Positions 38,066 through 47,025 of a stretch of DNA of 64,000 nt are shown here, piece after piece (within the stretch, counting starts at the first letter, position 1; the number at the start of each line of letters is the position of its first letter). This stretch comes from Minisyncoccota bacterium. GTDB lineage: Bacteria; Patescibacteriota; Minisyncoccia; Phycocordibacterales; UBA12079. Under the pieces are notes generated by a model, which worked only from the letters and a program-made list of their open reading frames with translations, did no database searches and was not told the origin of the DNA. The stretch is from the NCBI GenBank assembly GCA_023140255.1, contig JAGLLX010000010.1:19774-83773 (forward strand), in the 5' to 3' direction. Position numbers and translations under genes: made by a program.

Positions 38066-39816
38066 TATTTTTTATTTTCTTTATTAAATTTATCAAATAA
38101 TTCTTCTAGAGAAATTTGAACTGAGTCTTCCCCATCCCTAGATTCTAAGGTCATTTTATTATTTTTAATATCATCATCTCCAACAATTACAAAGTAGGGA
38201 ACTCTCTCGTTTTTTGCTTCCCTAACTTTTTTACCAAAATTATTATCTGATCTATCTATCTCAACTCTAAAATCTTCTTTCCTCAATTCTTCAAAAATAT
38301 TCTGAGCATATTCATTATGTTCATCAGCTACTGGAATAATTTTCACCTGAGTAGGCGCAAGCCAAAATGGAAAATTTCCTCCGTAATGTTCAATAAGGAT
38401 TGCGACAAATCTTTCCAGTGAACCTAATAAAGCTCTATGAATCATAATCGGCCGTTCCTTCCCCTCTTTACCTTGATAAGTCATATCAAATTTTTCAGGC
38501 AAATTAAAATCAAGTTGAATTGTAGTTAATTGCCATTCTCTTCCAATTGAATCCTTAACTTTCAAATCAATAGCTGGTCCATAGAATTTAGCTCCTCCTT
38601 CTTCCACTTCATTAGGAATATTAAATTCTTTAATTATTTCTGTAATTACTTTTTCAGATGAACTCCAAATTTCATCAGTTCCTAAATATTTATCTAATTT
38701 TGGATCTCTGGTAGCAATATATGCTTTTATAGATTCTTTTTTAAATCCAAAAATTTCTAGAATATCTATTGTAAATTGTAATACTTCTCTATATTCATCA
38801 ACAAATTGATCTTGCCTACAAATAATATGAGCATCGTCTTGAGTAAAACCTCTTACTCTAAGCATTCCTGCTAATTCTCCAGATTTTTCATATCTATAAA
38901 CAGCACCTAGTTCGTTCCAACGAAATGGGAAATCTCGCCAAGACCTTGGTCTAAATTTATATATTTCAACATGAAAAGGGCAATTCATTGGTTTAATATA
39001 ATATTGTTCACCATCAACATCCATAGGTGAATACATCATTTCTTTAAAATTCTTTAAATGACCTGATGTTTCCCATAATTCAGATCTTCCAATATGAGGT
39101 GTATAAACTGCGTCATAACCTCGTTGTCTATGAAATTTCCGCCAAAAAGACTCTATTACTTCTCTTGTTTTAGATAATTTAGGATGCCATAAAATTAAAC
39201 CTGCTCCAACTTTTTGACTAATACTAAAATAATCTAATTCTTTTCCTAATTTTCTATGATCTCGTTTCTTAGCTTCTTCCATCATTTTTTCATATTCCTT
39301 TAATTCTTCAGGGTTTTCAAAAGCTACCCCATAAATTCTTTGAAGCATTTTATTTTTTTCATCACCCTTCCAGTAAGCTCCAGCAATTGTAGTTAATTTA
39401 AATGCTTTAGGATTAATTTTTCCAGTAGATTCCAAATGAAAACCACTGCACATATTAATAAAATCTCCTTGTTGATAAAAAGAAATTTCTGTTTCTCCTT
39501 TTTCCTTTAATTCTTTAGCTAACTCAAGAGTATAAGTATATTTTTTATCTTTTAAAAGATTAATCCCTTCTTCAATAGGTAAAACTTTTTTCTCAATAGG
39601 TAAATCTTTATTGATAATTTTTATCATTTCCCTATTAATTGTTTTTAAATCTTTATCTGTAATTTGTGATTCTGCATCAAAATCATGATAAAAACCATTT
39701 TCAATAACTGGTCCAACTGCAGGGATAGCACCATGCAGTTGTTCTAAAGCTTGCATTAAAATATGCGCTAAAGTATGGCGCATTTGCTCTAAATTTTCAT
39801 TTTGTTTTTCTTCCAT
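38065..39816 (-). CDS. thrS: Threonine--tRNA ligase (no TGS domain)
   Basis: RHTLAH, RDHRKLG, KPMNCPFH, RVRGFTQDDAH and HRALLGSLERF motifs; start at ATG 39816. Confidence 0.97.
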   Translation of the reverse strand: MEEKQNENLEQMRHTLAHILMQALEQLHGAIPAVGPVIENGFYHDFDAESQITDKDLKTINREMIKIINKDLPIEKKVLPIEEGINLLKDKKYTYTLELAKELKEKGETEISFYQQGDFINMCSGFHLESTGKINPKAFKLTTIAGAYWKGDEKNKMLQRIYGVAFENPEELKEYEKMMEEAKKRDHRKLGKELDYFSISQKVGAGLILWHPKLSKTREVIESFWRKFHRQRGYDAVYTPHIGRSELWETSGHLKNFKEMMYSPMDVDGEQYYIKPMNCPFHVEIYKFRPRSWRDFPFRWNELGAVYRYEKSGELAGMLRVRGFTQDDAHIICRQDQFVDEYREVLQFTIDILEIFGFKKESIKAYIATRDPKLDKYLGTDEIWSSSEKVITEIIKEFNIPNEVEEGGAKFYGPAIDLKVKDSIGREWQLTTIQLDFNLPEKFDMTYQGKEGKERPIMIHRALLGSLERFVAILIEHYGGNFPFWLAPTQVKIIPVADEHNEYAQNIFEELRKEDFRVEIDRSDNNFGKKVREAKNERVPYFVIVGDDDIKNNKMTLESRDGEDSVQISLEELFDKFNKENKK

Positions 39817-39929
39817 CAATTTATTATATAACACAAAACAAAAAAAACAACTAACTCTGTTACTCTCAAAAAGGGCGAGGCTACAGCCTCGCTCTCTTAA
39901 ATCATAAACCTTATCTCTTAAATCTTTTT

Positions 39930-42218
39930 CTAAATTTCACAAAGACCGGCTACACAAGCCAACTCTTTTGAACCTTCTGTTTCATCTTCTTGCTCATAAG
40001 TAACGATCTTTGAAAAATCTACTCCTTTAAATCTCTTTAACATTTCTTCATAAGTTTTTAAATCTGTTTCTTTGAAAGGAGCTAATTGATAAACAAAATC
40101 ATTTCTTGGCAAGAAAGATAAACCTCCAACAATATCCCAATTACGGTAAACCCATTCAGCGACTTCTATCCACTCACTATCACTAACAGAAACGGTTACT
40201 GAAGGGTTGTGTTCTGTGTAGTAGACTTTAACCATTTCCCAATGTTTTAATTGGTCCATAGCAGTCAAATCATTCTTAAATACTTTTACGTCTGAAGGAG
40301 CCTTAACTGGAAATTCAAATACATAAGTAGTAGCATTTTCCTTTGATTGACCATTTTCAGGCTGATAAGGAACCCCTTGATCTTTCAACATTTTAAATAA
40401 TGAATCTGTAGATGAAATTCTAACTCTCCTAATATAATATTTTGAATGTCTTGGGTGCATTCCTGAAGCACAATCCACTAATTGTGACACTGTTCCTGAA
40501 GGTTTAACACAAGTAGTACTGGTAGCAGGATTAATTCCGAATCTCTTTGAGTATTTTTGATTTGCACTAATTACTCTATTTTTTATTTTGTCTAAAACTT
40601 TTGGATCTTGTACTGTTTGGCAATCCCAATGTCCTGTTATAGAAACACCTAAGAGTCTTTCATCTTCACAATTCTTTTGCCAATCTTTAGATAAATAACC
40701 AAAATGAGTTAAAGTTGCTTGATAAGTTCCTAATAATGTTGCTATTTCTGCCTTTTCTAACAATGTTTTTTCAGTATCTTCAGAACGAGCTACTAACTCA
40801 CTTAAATTACAAAATTGTTTTGATCTAAGATTAATTTCCCCACAAGGATTCACTCCAAAATCTTCCATATGATCTTTAAAAATTTCTCTTCTTCTTTCTG
40901 GTAATTGTTGCTCTAGAGAACTTCTATTAAAAATACCTCTTTCTCCAGCTCCACTTTTCATTAAAGCTACCCACTCATCCATGAACTCAGCTGCGCTTGG
41001 TTTTTCATTATAAGCAGTAGAGTTATTAGCCATTGTTCGTTGATTATTGTTTAAATAAAATTGTCCACTTTTAGCAAACCTCATTTCATTATCATCTAAA
41101 TCAGAAAGAGAAATTAAAGCAGTTCTTCTTACTCCCCCAGCAACAACTACTTCTCCAATTTTACAAACAATATCGTGTACGTCTAAATTACTTAATCTCT
41201 TACCATGCATTTTTAGAACTCTTTCTCTAGTAAAATCAATTAAGTTTTTCAAAGGATCTGGTCCTGAACTTTTTCCTCCCATTGTTACTAATTTTGAGCC
41301 TTCTGGTCTTAACTGAGAAAAATCAAATCGTACATCTTCACCATCAAACCAAGCCTTTAAACCATGTACAAAAGCATCTGCCCATCCTTCTTTAGAATCA
41401 GCAATTACATAAGTCTTTCTCATTTTTAATTTACCGTTATGAATCTTAATTTGTGGAAGTTTTTGTACGTTATAACTTTCAGCACTAAAACCTACTCCAC
41501 AACCACACATTGATAAATACATAATTTCTCCAAAGTCTTGTAATTTTGACGGAGCAATATAAGAGCAATTATAAGCTGTTGCATTACATCTACGAGCAGC
41601 TTTTCCAGCACTCCAAAATAACCTCATGGAAGGCATTGATTTTTGATTTAAAATAAATTCTCTTACTTTTTTATATTCAGCTGGTTTTAATTTATTTCCT
41701 AAGTTCTCTTTCATAAAGTCCATATATCTATCAACAGTTTCTATCCAAGTTTCTCTTCTTCCTTCTCCTTCTATCCACTTTGAATAAGAACGATAATAAA
41801 TAAATTCAGCTAAAGGATTCTTAAAATATTTTTTACCTTCTTCAACTAAATTTTTTACTTTTTCTGGAACCTTTACTCCTAAATCTCTTAACTTAGCCCT
41901 TTCTTGCCTGTATAGAATATATCCTTTTGATGTCTTAACATAATCATTTTGAATTAATTCAGATTCAACTGAGTCTTGAACACCCTCTACATTAGGAATA
42001 AAATTTTTATATCTTTTAGAAATTTTTACCAAATCTAAATAAACTTTGTTTGCAAGTAATTCAGCTTCTCTTTCTGAACCTTCGTCTGAAGCTAACATTG
42101 CTTTGTAAACAGCGTTTACAATCTTATCTAAATTAAAATCTATTACTGAACCATCTCTTTTTTGAATTTTTTTCACCAAATTAAGTTTTTTTGCTCCCTT
42201 TTTTATTGTTTTTGACAT
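39930..42218 (-). CDS. nrdJ: Class II (adenosylcobalamin-dependent) ribonucleotide reductase with N-terminal ATP cone
   Basis: ATP cone IQKRDG; NPCGEI; CVKPSGTVS; C-terminal CVAGLC; no beta-subunit gene adjacent. Confidence 0.88.
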   Translation of the reverse strand: MSKTIKKGAKKLNLVKKIQKRDGSVIDFNLDKIVNAVYKAMLASDEGSEREAELLANKVYLDLVKISKRYKNFIPNVEGVQDSVESELIQNDYVKTSKGYILYRQERAKLRDLGVKVPEKVKNLVEEGKKYFKNPLAEFIYYRSYSKWIEGEGRRETWIETVDRYMDFMKENLGNKLKPAEYKKVREFILNQKSMPSMRLFWSAGKAARRCNATAYNCSYIAPSKLQDFGEIMYLSMCGCGVGFSAESYNVQKLPQIKIHNGKLKMRKTYVIADSKEGWADAFVHGLKAWFDGEDVRFDFSQLRPEGSKLVTMGGKSSGPDPLKNLIDFTRERVLKMHGKRLSNLDVHDIVCKIGEVVVAGGVRRTALISLSDLDDNEMRFAKSGQFYLNNNQRTMANNSTAYNEKPSAAEFMDEWVALMKSGAGERGIFNRSSLEQQLPERRREIFKDHMEDFGVNPCGEINLRSKQFCNLSELVARSEDTEKTLLEKAEIATLLGTYQATLTHFGYLSKDWQKNCEDERLLGVSITGHWDCQTVQDPKVLDKIKNRVISANQKYSKRFGINPATSTTCVKPSGTVSQLVDCASGMHPRHSKYYIRRVRISSTDSLFKMLKDQGVPYQPENGQSKENATTYVFEFPVKAPSDVKVFKNDLTAMDQLKHWEMVKVYYTEHNPSVTVSVSDSEWIEVAEWVYRNWDIVGGLSFLPRNDFVYQLAPFKETDLKTYEEMLKRFKGVDFSKIVTYEQEDETEGSKELACVAGLCEI

Positions 42219-42295
42219 ATTCTTTACAGTTTTTACTAAAATTTAATAATTTTTAATTTCTTTCCCTATTTTACATTAAGATAACCAAAAATAGC

Positions 42296-42304
42296 TGTGG
42301 ATAA
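42296..42304 (-). promoter_or_regulatory. Consensus DnaA box upstream of nrdJ
   Basis: TTATCCACA on the minus strand. Confidence 0.45.
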
Positions 42305-42444
42305 ACCAAGACGATACATCTAACTAAAAAAGTAAAGTTTTATACCAAAAAACACCTTATTCTTGCCACTTTTTAGTATTTTTTATATAAAAACAAGCTT
42401 TTATTAATAAATAAAAGCTTGTTTTTAAATCTTATCTTGAATTT

Positions 42445-43110
42445 TTAGAAATCAGAAACCATCTTCCAATATTTATAAAATACCTTATTTATTTTCTTTA
42501 TTTTTACTGAAATATTAGGTTTACTTATTTCTGAATATTTATTAAAATAATAATTCCAAATTTCTTCTTTACCAGGATTTTTAAGTAAGAATTTTACATG
42601 TTTCCAATGAAAATCTTGTAAAAAAATTAATATTGTTGGATTTTCTTTTTCTTTATAATTATCCAAAACCCATTGTAAATTATTTGCCATAATTCTTTCG
42701 CGTAAATATATCTGTACCCACCAAACCCAATTTTTCTTTACACAAGGATAAGTGTATCTCCATACGTCTAACAACTCTCCAGTAAGTTCATTGGGAGCAT
42801 CCACTGAATACACTAAAATCTGATGATTTTTTTTCCATAAACTTGCTATATTCTTCCACATTATAGTATCTGATTTAACCCAAGGAGAAATCTTTAAGAT
42901 ATGCTTTGGAAATTCCTTAATTCTGTCATTTACCATTTTTTGAGGCTTTTTTAAAGCATCGTAATTATTAAAAGATAAATTAGGTGTTTTGTTATTATTT
43001 GGATATTCCAAAATTATGATATCTGGTTTATGTTTTAAAACAGCATTAGCTTGACGCAAATCAAGAGCATCTATTTCTTTACAATTAAATTGAATATATC
43101 TTGGTTTCAT
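42445..43110 (-). CDS. Hypothetical protein
   Basis: 221-aa ORF starting 17 nt downstream of tRNA-Ser. Confidence 0.75.
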   Translation of the reverse strand: MKPRYIQFNCKEIDALDLRQANAVLKHKPDIIILEYPNNNKTPNLSFNNYDALKKPQKMVNDRIKEFPKHILKISPWVKSDTIMWKNIASLWKKNHQILVYSVDAPNELTGELLDVWRYTYPCVKKNWVWWVQIYLRERIMANNLQWVLDNYKEKENPTILIFLQDFHWKHVKFLLKNPGKEEIWNYYFNKYSEISKPNISVKIKKINKVFYKYWKMVSDF

Positions 43111-43127
43111 AAAAATTTATATTAATG

Positions 43128-43212
43128 CGGAAGAGACAGGATTCGAACCTGCGGTGCCGTAAGGCACACACGCTTTCCAAGCGAGCACTTTAAACCACTC
43201 AGTCACTCTTCC
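43128..43212 (-). tRNA. tRNA-Ser(GGA)
   Basis: GGAAGAG/CTCTTCC acceptor stem; cgc-ttGGAaa-gcg; long variable arm. Confidence 0.95.
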
Positions 43213-43257
43213 AATTTTAACGGCTATAATATCATAGCCGTTAAATTTTAACCCTTT

Positions 43258-43641
43258 TTATCGCCTCCCTGCTTCTAGAATAGGAAGTCCTGCTTCTGTT
43301 GGAACATAAATTACTTGCATCTCATTTGTTTGCAAACCATTTATCCAAAGATATCTCAAATATTCTTCGTTCCCTTCTAAAGAACCAGCTACAATATCAT
43401 TAGCTTCAGCTACACCCTTAGCTCTTTCAACTTCTGCTTCTGCTTCTAAAATTGCAGATTCTTTTTTAGCTCTTGCTTCTTCCACGGCAATTTGACGAGA
43501 CCACTCAGCCTCTTTAAATAAAGCCTTTCCGTTTAATTCTTTTGTCCATACCTTATATTGGGGAACTGCCCAAAGCAAAAGTAAAACAAAGACAACAATA
43601 GCCCCAATCCCAAATATAGATAAATTTTTTGTATTATGCAT
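43258..43641 (-). CDS. Short membrane-anchored protein resembling the SPFH/band-7 C-terminal coiled coil
   Basis: TM followed by EAEAEVERAKGVAEAN...YLRYLWI...IYVPTEAGLP. Confidence 0.7.
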   Translation of the reverse strand: MHNTKNLSIFGIGAIVVFVLLLLWAVPQYKVWTKELNGKALFKEAEWSRQIAVEEARAKKESAILEAEAEVERAKGVAEANDIVAGSLEGNEEYLRYLWINGLQTNEMQVIYVPTEAGLPILEAGRR

Positions 43642-43674
43642 AATATTTTTTATTAATTAATAAATAAATTCAAC

Positions 43675-44331
43675 TTAAAGTATTCTTTGTTCATAAATAT
43701 CTTTTTCATTATCATAAACAACTATTGTGTTTTTTCCAAATTCATTCTTAGCTTTATACATTGCTCTGTCCGCTCTTTCAACTAAATTAATAATATCCTT
43801 TTCATTTTCTATACAAGTATCTATAATATTTGTAACACCAAAACTTGCACTTAATTTTTGGCTTTTTATATTTAATAAATTAATTTTTTTCCTTATTTTT
43901 TCAGCAATTTTAACAGCTTTCTCTGAATCAACTCCTACTAATCCAATTATAAACTCATCTCCTCCCCATCTAGAGATAACATCAAACTTTCTTACGGAAG
44001 ATTTGAATACTTCTGCCATCATTATCAGAGCTTTATCTCCATAGCTATGACCATAATTATCATTAATAACCTTTAAGTCATCAACATCAATAAAAATTAA
44101 TGAAAAAGCTTCTATAGTAATTTTCCTTTTATCTATTTTGTTTCTTCTTTTACAACCTTCATCAATAATCTTACTTATTTCTAACATAAAACCATGCCTA
44201 TTATAAAGCAAAGTCAAATAATCTCTTTGATATAAAGAGGAAATTTCTTTTATTGTTTGATCCTTTTTTAAAATTATTTTTTTAAGATCTTTAATTTTTT
44301 CTTCTAATTTTTTTGATGTATTATTTTCCAT
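43675..44331 (-). CDS. Diguanylate cyclase (GGDEF)
   Basis: DYLTLLYNR, DVDDLKVINDNYGH, RKFD I-site, intact GGDEF. Confidence 0.92.
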   Translation of the reverse strand: MENNTSKKLEEKIKDLKKIILKKDQTIKEISSLYQRDYLTLLYNRHGFMLEISKIIDEGCKRRNKIDKRKITIEAFSLIFIDVDDLKVINDNYGHSYGDKALIMMAEVFKSSVRKFDVISRWGGDEFIIGLVGVDSEKAVKIAEKIRKKINLLNIKSQKLSASFGVTNIIDTCIENEKDIINLVERADRAMYKAKNEFGKNTIVVYDNEKDIYEQRIL

Positions 44332-44342
44332 TTTAAATTTAT

Positions 44343-45239
44343 CTATCTTCTCCCTAATAAAGCGTCTATTCTTTCTTCTGTAGGAGGATGGGTCATAAAC
44401 ATTTTAGATAATAATCCTGTCTTTCTTCTTTTTTTATATGGATTAGAAATAAACATATGAGCAGTAGCTCGAGAAGCTTTTTTCATAGAAATTCCACTAG
44501 AAGAAATCTTTTCTAAAGCACTCGCTAATCCAGAAGGATTATGAGTTAAAGCCGCTCCCGAAGCATCAGCCAAAAATTCTCTTTTTCTTGAAATAGCTAA
44601 TTGAATAATCATTGCTATAAATGGAGAAAAAATTGCTAAAATTACCCCAATAAGCATCATCACACCTCCTGCCTGATTATCATTATCTCTACCTCCTAAA
44701 CTTCTAAAAAATAAAGACCTCAAAAAGAAATCTGATAATAAAGACACAAAACCAACCAAAACTACAACAATTGTTGCAATCAAAATATCATTATTCTGAA
44801 TATGAGAAAGTTCATGAGCAAGCACTCCTTCTAGTTCTCTTTGGTCTAAGACATTTAATAACCCTTGCGTTACTGCTACAGCTGAATTTTTAGCATTTCT
44901 ACCTGTCGCAAAAGCATTAAGAGAAGCATCATTCATTATATAAATTTTAGGAATTGGTAAATAAGCTTGCCGAGACAATCTTTCAACAGTATCAAAAAGA
45001 TTTCTGTTCTCTTCTCTTTTTATTTGCTTAGCTCCAGACATTTTTAAAACAATTTTATCTGAAAACCAATATGAAAAAATGTTCATTAAAAGAGAAAAAC
45101 CAACTGCAAAATATAAAATATTTCGGCTATCCATTAATTCAGAAAAAAACCATCCAACACCAATTACAACGACTAAAAATAGTGACATCAGCAGATATGT
45201 TTTTCTAATATTTTTTGATTTTTGAGCTTGGATATTCAT
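44343..45239 (-). CDS. htpX: Zinc metalloprotease HtpX (M48)
   Basis: NAFATG, AHELSH, SRKREFLAD and THPP motifs; true start ATG 45239 (the ORF-track extension runs through the tRNA). Confidence 0.93.
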   Translation of the reverse strand: MNIQAQKSKNIRKTYLLMSLFLVVVIGVGWFFSELMDSRNILYFAVGFSLLMNIFSYWFSDKIVLKMSGAKQIKREENRNLFDTVERLSRQAYLPIPKIYIMNDASLNAFATGRNAKNSAVAVTQGLLNVLDQRELEGVLAHELSHIQNNDILIATIVVVLVGFVSLLSDFFLRSLFFRSLGGRDNDNQAGGVMMLIGVILAIFSPFIAMIIQLAISRKREFLADASGAALTHNPSGLASALEKISSSGISMKKASRATAHMFISNPYKKRRKTGLLSKMFMTHPPTEERIDALLGRR

Positions 45240-45241
45240 TG

Positions 45242-45323
45242 TGCCGAGGGGGAGACTTGAACTCCCACGGATTGCTCCACTAGTTCCTAAGACTAGCGCG
45301 TCTACCAATTTCGCCACCTCGGC
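45242..45323 (-). tRNA. tRNA-Leu(TAG)
   Basis: GCCGAGG/CCTCGGC acceptor stem; ctagt-ctTAGga-actag. Confidence 0.96.
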
Positions 45324-45479
45324 ATGCACAATATGTATGTATTATCTATTATGGAATTCTACCAAAAAACTTGTTAAAATACTACTTTCTAATAAAAACT
45401 TGCTTTTTAAAGGGTTTTTTTGTATTCTAAATTTAGATATCTTTTAATTTTAATATAATGTAGAGAAAAGGAGTTAAAA

Positions 45480-45689
45480 ATGGAAACCACAAAAGTTAGA
45501 TTCGTAGGTGGAGCACTGATTATAAACTCAAACGAAGGAGAAGCAGACCTTGCTTATGTGCGAGAAAAAGCAAGAATCAAAATTGCAGCAAGAGAAATTC
45601 CCAAATTCAATGCCAGTCCTCCAGTCCCAGAAACTGACGCAGCTTATATTAAACCTGCTGAAGTTCAAGGTCCACCCAGTGGAATTTAA
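45480..45689 (+). CDS. Small hypothetical protein
   Basis: SD aaggag; TATAAT upstream; terminator ctcccgaca/tgtcgggag downstream. Confidence 0.65.
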   Translation: METTKVRFVGGALIINSNEGEADLAYVREKARIKIAAREIPKFNASPPVPETDAAYIKPAEVQGPPSGI

Positions 45690-45852
45690 TTAATTTTTTT
45701 CGCTCTTCATCCCCCTCCCGACATTTTTGTCGGGAGATTTTTTATAAAAAATTTGATTTTGATAAAAATGAAATACAATTTATTTATTATGATATTATTG
45801 ATAATATCATAATAAGAAATAACAGCTTAAAATAAAATTAAATATCAAATCT

Positions 45853-45906
45853 AGTTACTATTCCAATTAACCTGCCTTTGCCGGCAGGCAGGCTGGAATA
45901 ATAACT
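45853..45906. repeat. AT-rich palindrome interrupted by a 22-nt cctgcc element (45871-45892)
   Basis: agttactattccaattaa[cctgcctttgccggcaggcagg]ctggaataataact. Confidence 0.8.
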
Positions 45907-45949
45907 CTAAAATTTTTAATTCCAAAAAATCTTACGAAACTTTTTTTGT

Positions 45950-47011
45950 TTAAACTCCCTCTCCTTTTAATTCTTCAATTAGTTTTTTAGCTTTACTAGA
46001 TAATTTATTAGGTAATTTTATATTTATGGTTATAAGTAAATTTCCTCTTCTTCTTTCAGAAATAGGAACACCTTTATCTTTTACTCTTAAAATTTCTCCA
46101 TGGCTCACTCCTTTTGGTATCTTAACCTTTATTTTTCCATCTAATGTTTCTACACTGTATTCAGACCCTAACAAAGCATCTGTTAATTTAACTCCTAAAT
46201 CCATAATTAAATCACTCCCTTGTTTTTTAAAAACAGAATGAGCTTTAACATAAACCTTAATATATAAATCTCCAGGATTTCCGTCTACAATGGCTTCACC
46301 AGCTCCCGTTAAACGAATCATTTCTCCATTATTTATTCCAGCTGGAATTTTTATTTCAAATTCTTCTCGTTTCTTTAAAATACCTACCCCTCGACATTCT
46401 TTACATTTTTCTTTAGGAATTTTACCCTTACCATTACATTTTTCACAAGCTCTTACTGTTGAAAAGGATCCTAGAAAAGATTGTTTTGTCTCGTGTATTT
46501 TCCCATTTCCTGCACAAGCTGAGCAAGTTTCCATAGCAGAACTTTTTTTTGCTCCTGTTCCAGAACAAAAAGAACAAGTAGAATTTTTAGTCAAAACTAT
46601 TTTTCTTTCAACTCCAAAAATTGCTTCAGCAAATGAAATTTCAATATCAACAGAAATGTCAGAACCCCTTTTTACTCTATTTCTAGCTCCTCCAAAAATA
46701 TCTCCAAATATATCCCCTAAATCAAATTCAAAGCCTTGTCCTCCTTGCCCCTGACCAAAGCCACCAAAACCGCCAAAACCTCCTTGAGAACCCCCGTTCC
46801 CTCCAAATGCTTGTCCATAGGTGTCATATTCTGCTCTTTTTTTGTCATCAGACAAAACAGCATAGGCTTCACTAGCTTCTTTAAATTTAGCCTCGTCACC
46901 ATTAGCCTTATCAGGATGATATTTATGAGCCAATTTATGAAAAGCTTTTTTTACTTCAGTTTTAGAAGCCTTTTTTTCTATCCCTAAAATTTTATAATAA
47001 TCTTTTGACAT
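45950..47011 (-). CDS. dnaJ: Chaperone DnaJ
   Basis: HPD motif, G/F region, four CxxCxGxG repeats. Confidence 0.97.
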   Translation of the reverse strand: MSKDYYKILGIEKKASKTEVKKAFHKLAHKYHPDKANGDEAKFKEASEAYAVLSDDKKRAEYDTYGQAFGGNGGSQGGFGGFGGFGQGQGGQGFEFDLGDIFGDIFGGARNRVKRGSDISVDIEISFAEAIFGVERKIVLTKNSTCSFCSGTGAKKSSAMETCSACAGNGKIHETKQSFLGSFSTVRACEKCNGKGKIPKEKCKECRGVGILKKREEFEIKIPAGINNGEMIRLTGAGEAIVDGNPGDLYIKVYVKAHSVFKKQGSDLIMDLGVKLTDALLGSEYSVETLDGKIKVKIPKGVSHGEILRVKDKGVPISERRRGNLLITINIKLPNKLSSKAKKLIEELKGEGV

Positions 47012-47025
47012 TATTTTAATTAATT

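Noticed and set aside
45240-45329. N-terminal extension of the HtpX ORF (MHAEVAKLVDALVLGTSG...)
   Set aside because: It is the translation of tRNA-Leu(TAG); the real start is ATG 45239.
46290-46754. Long antisense ORFs opposite dnaJ, mreB, rpoA, grpE and others
   Set aside because: They lie fully opposite well-supported conserved genes and lack motifs; typical antisense shadows.
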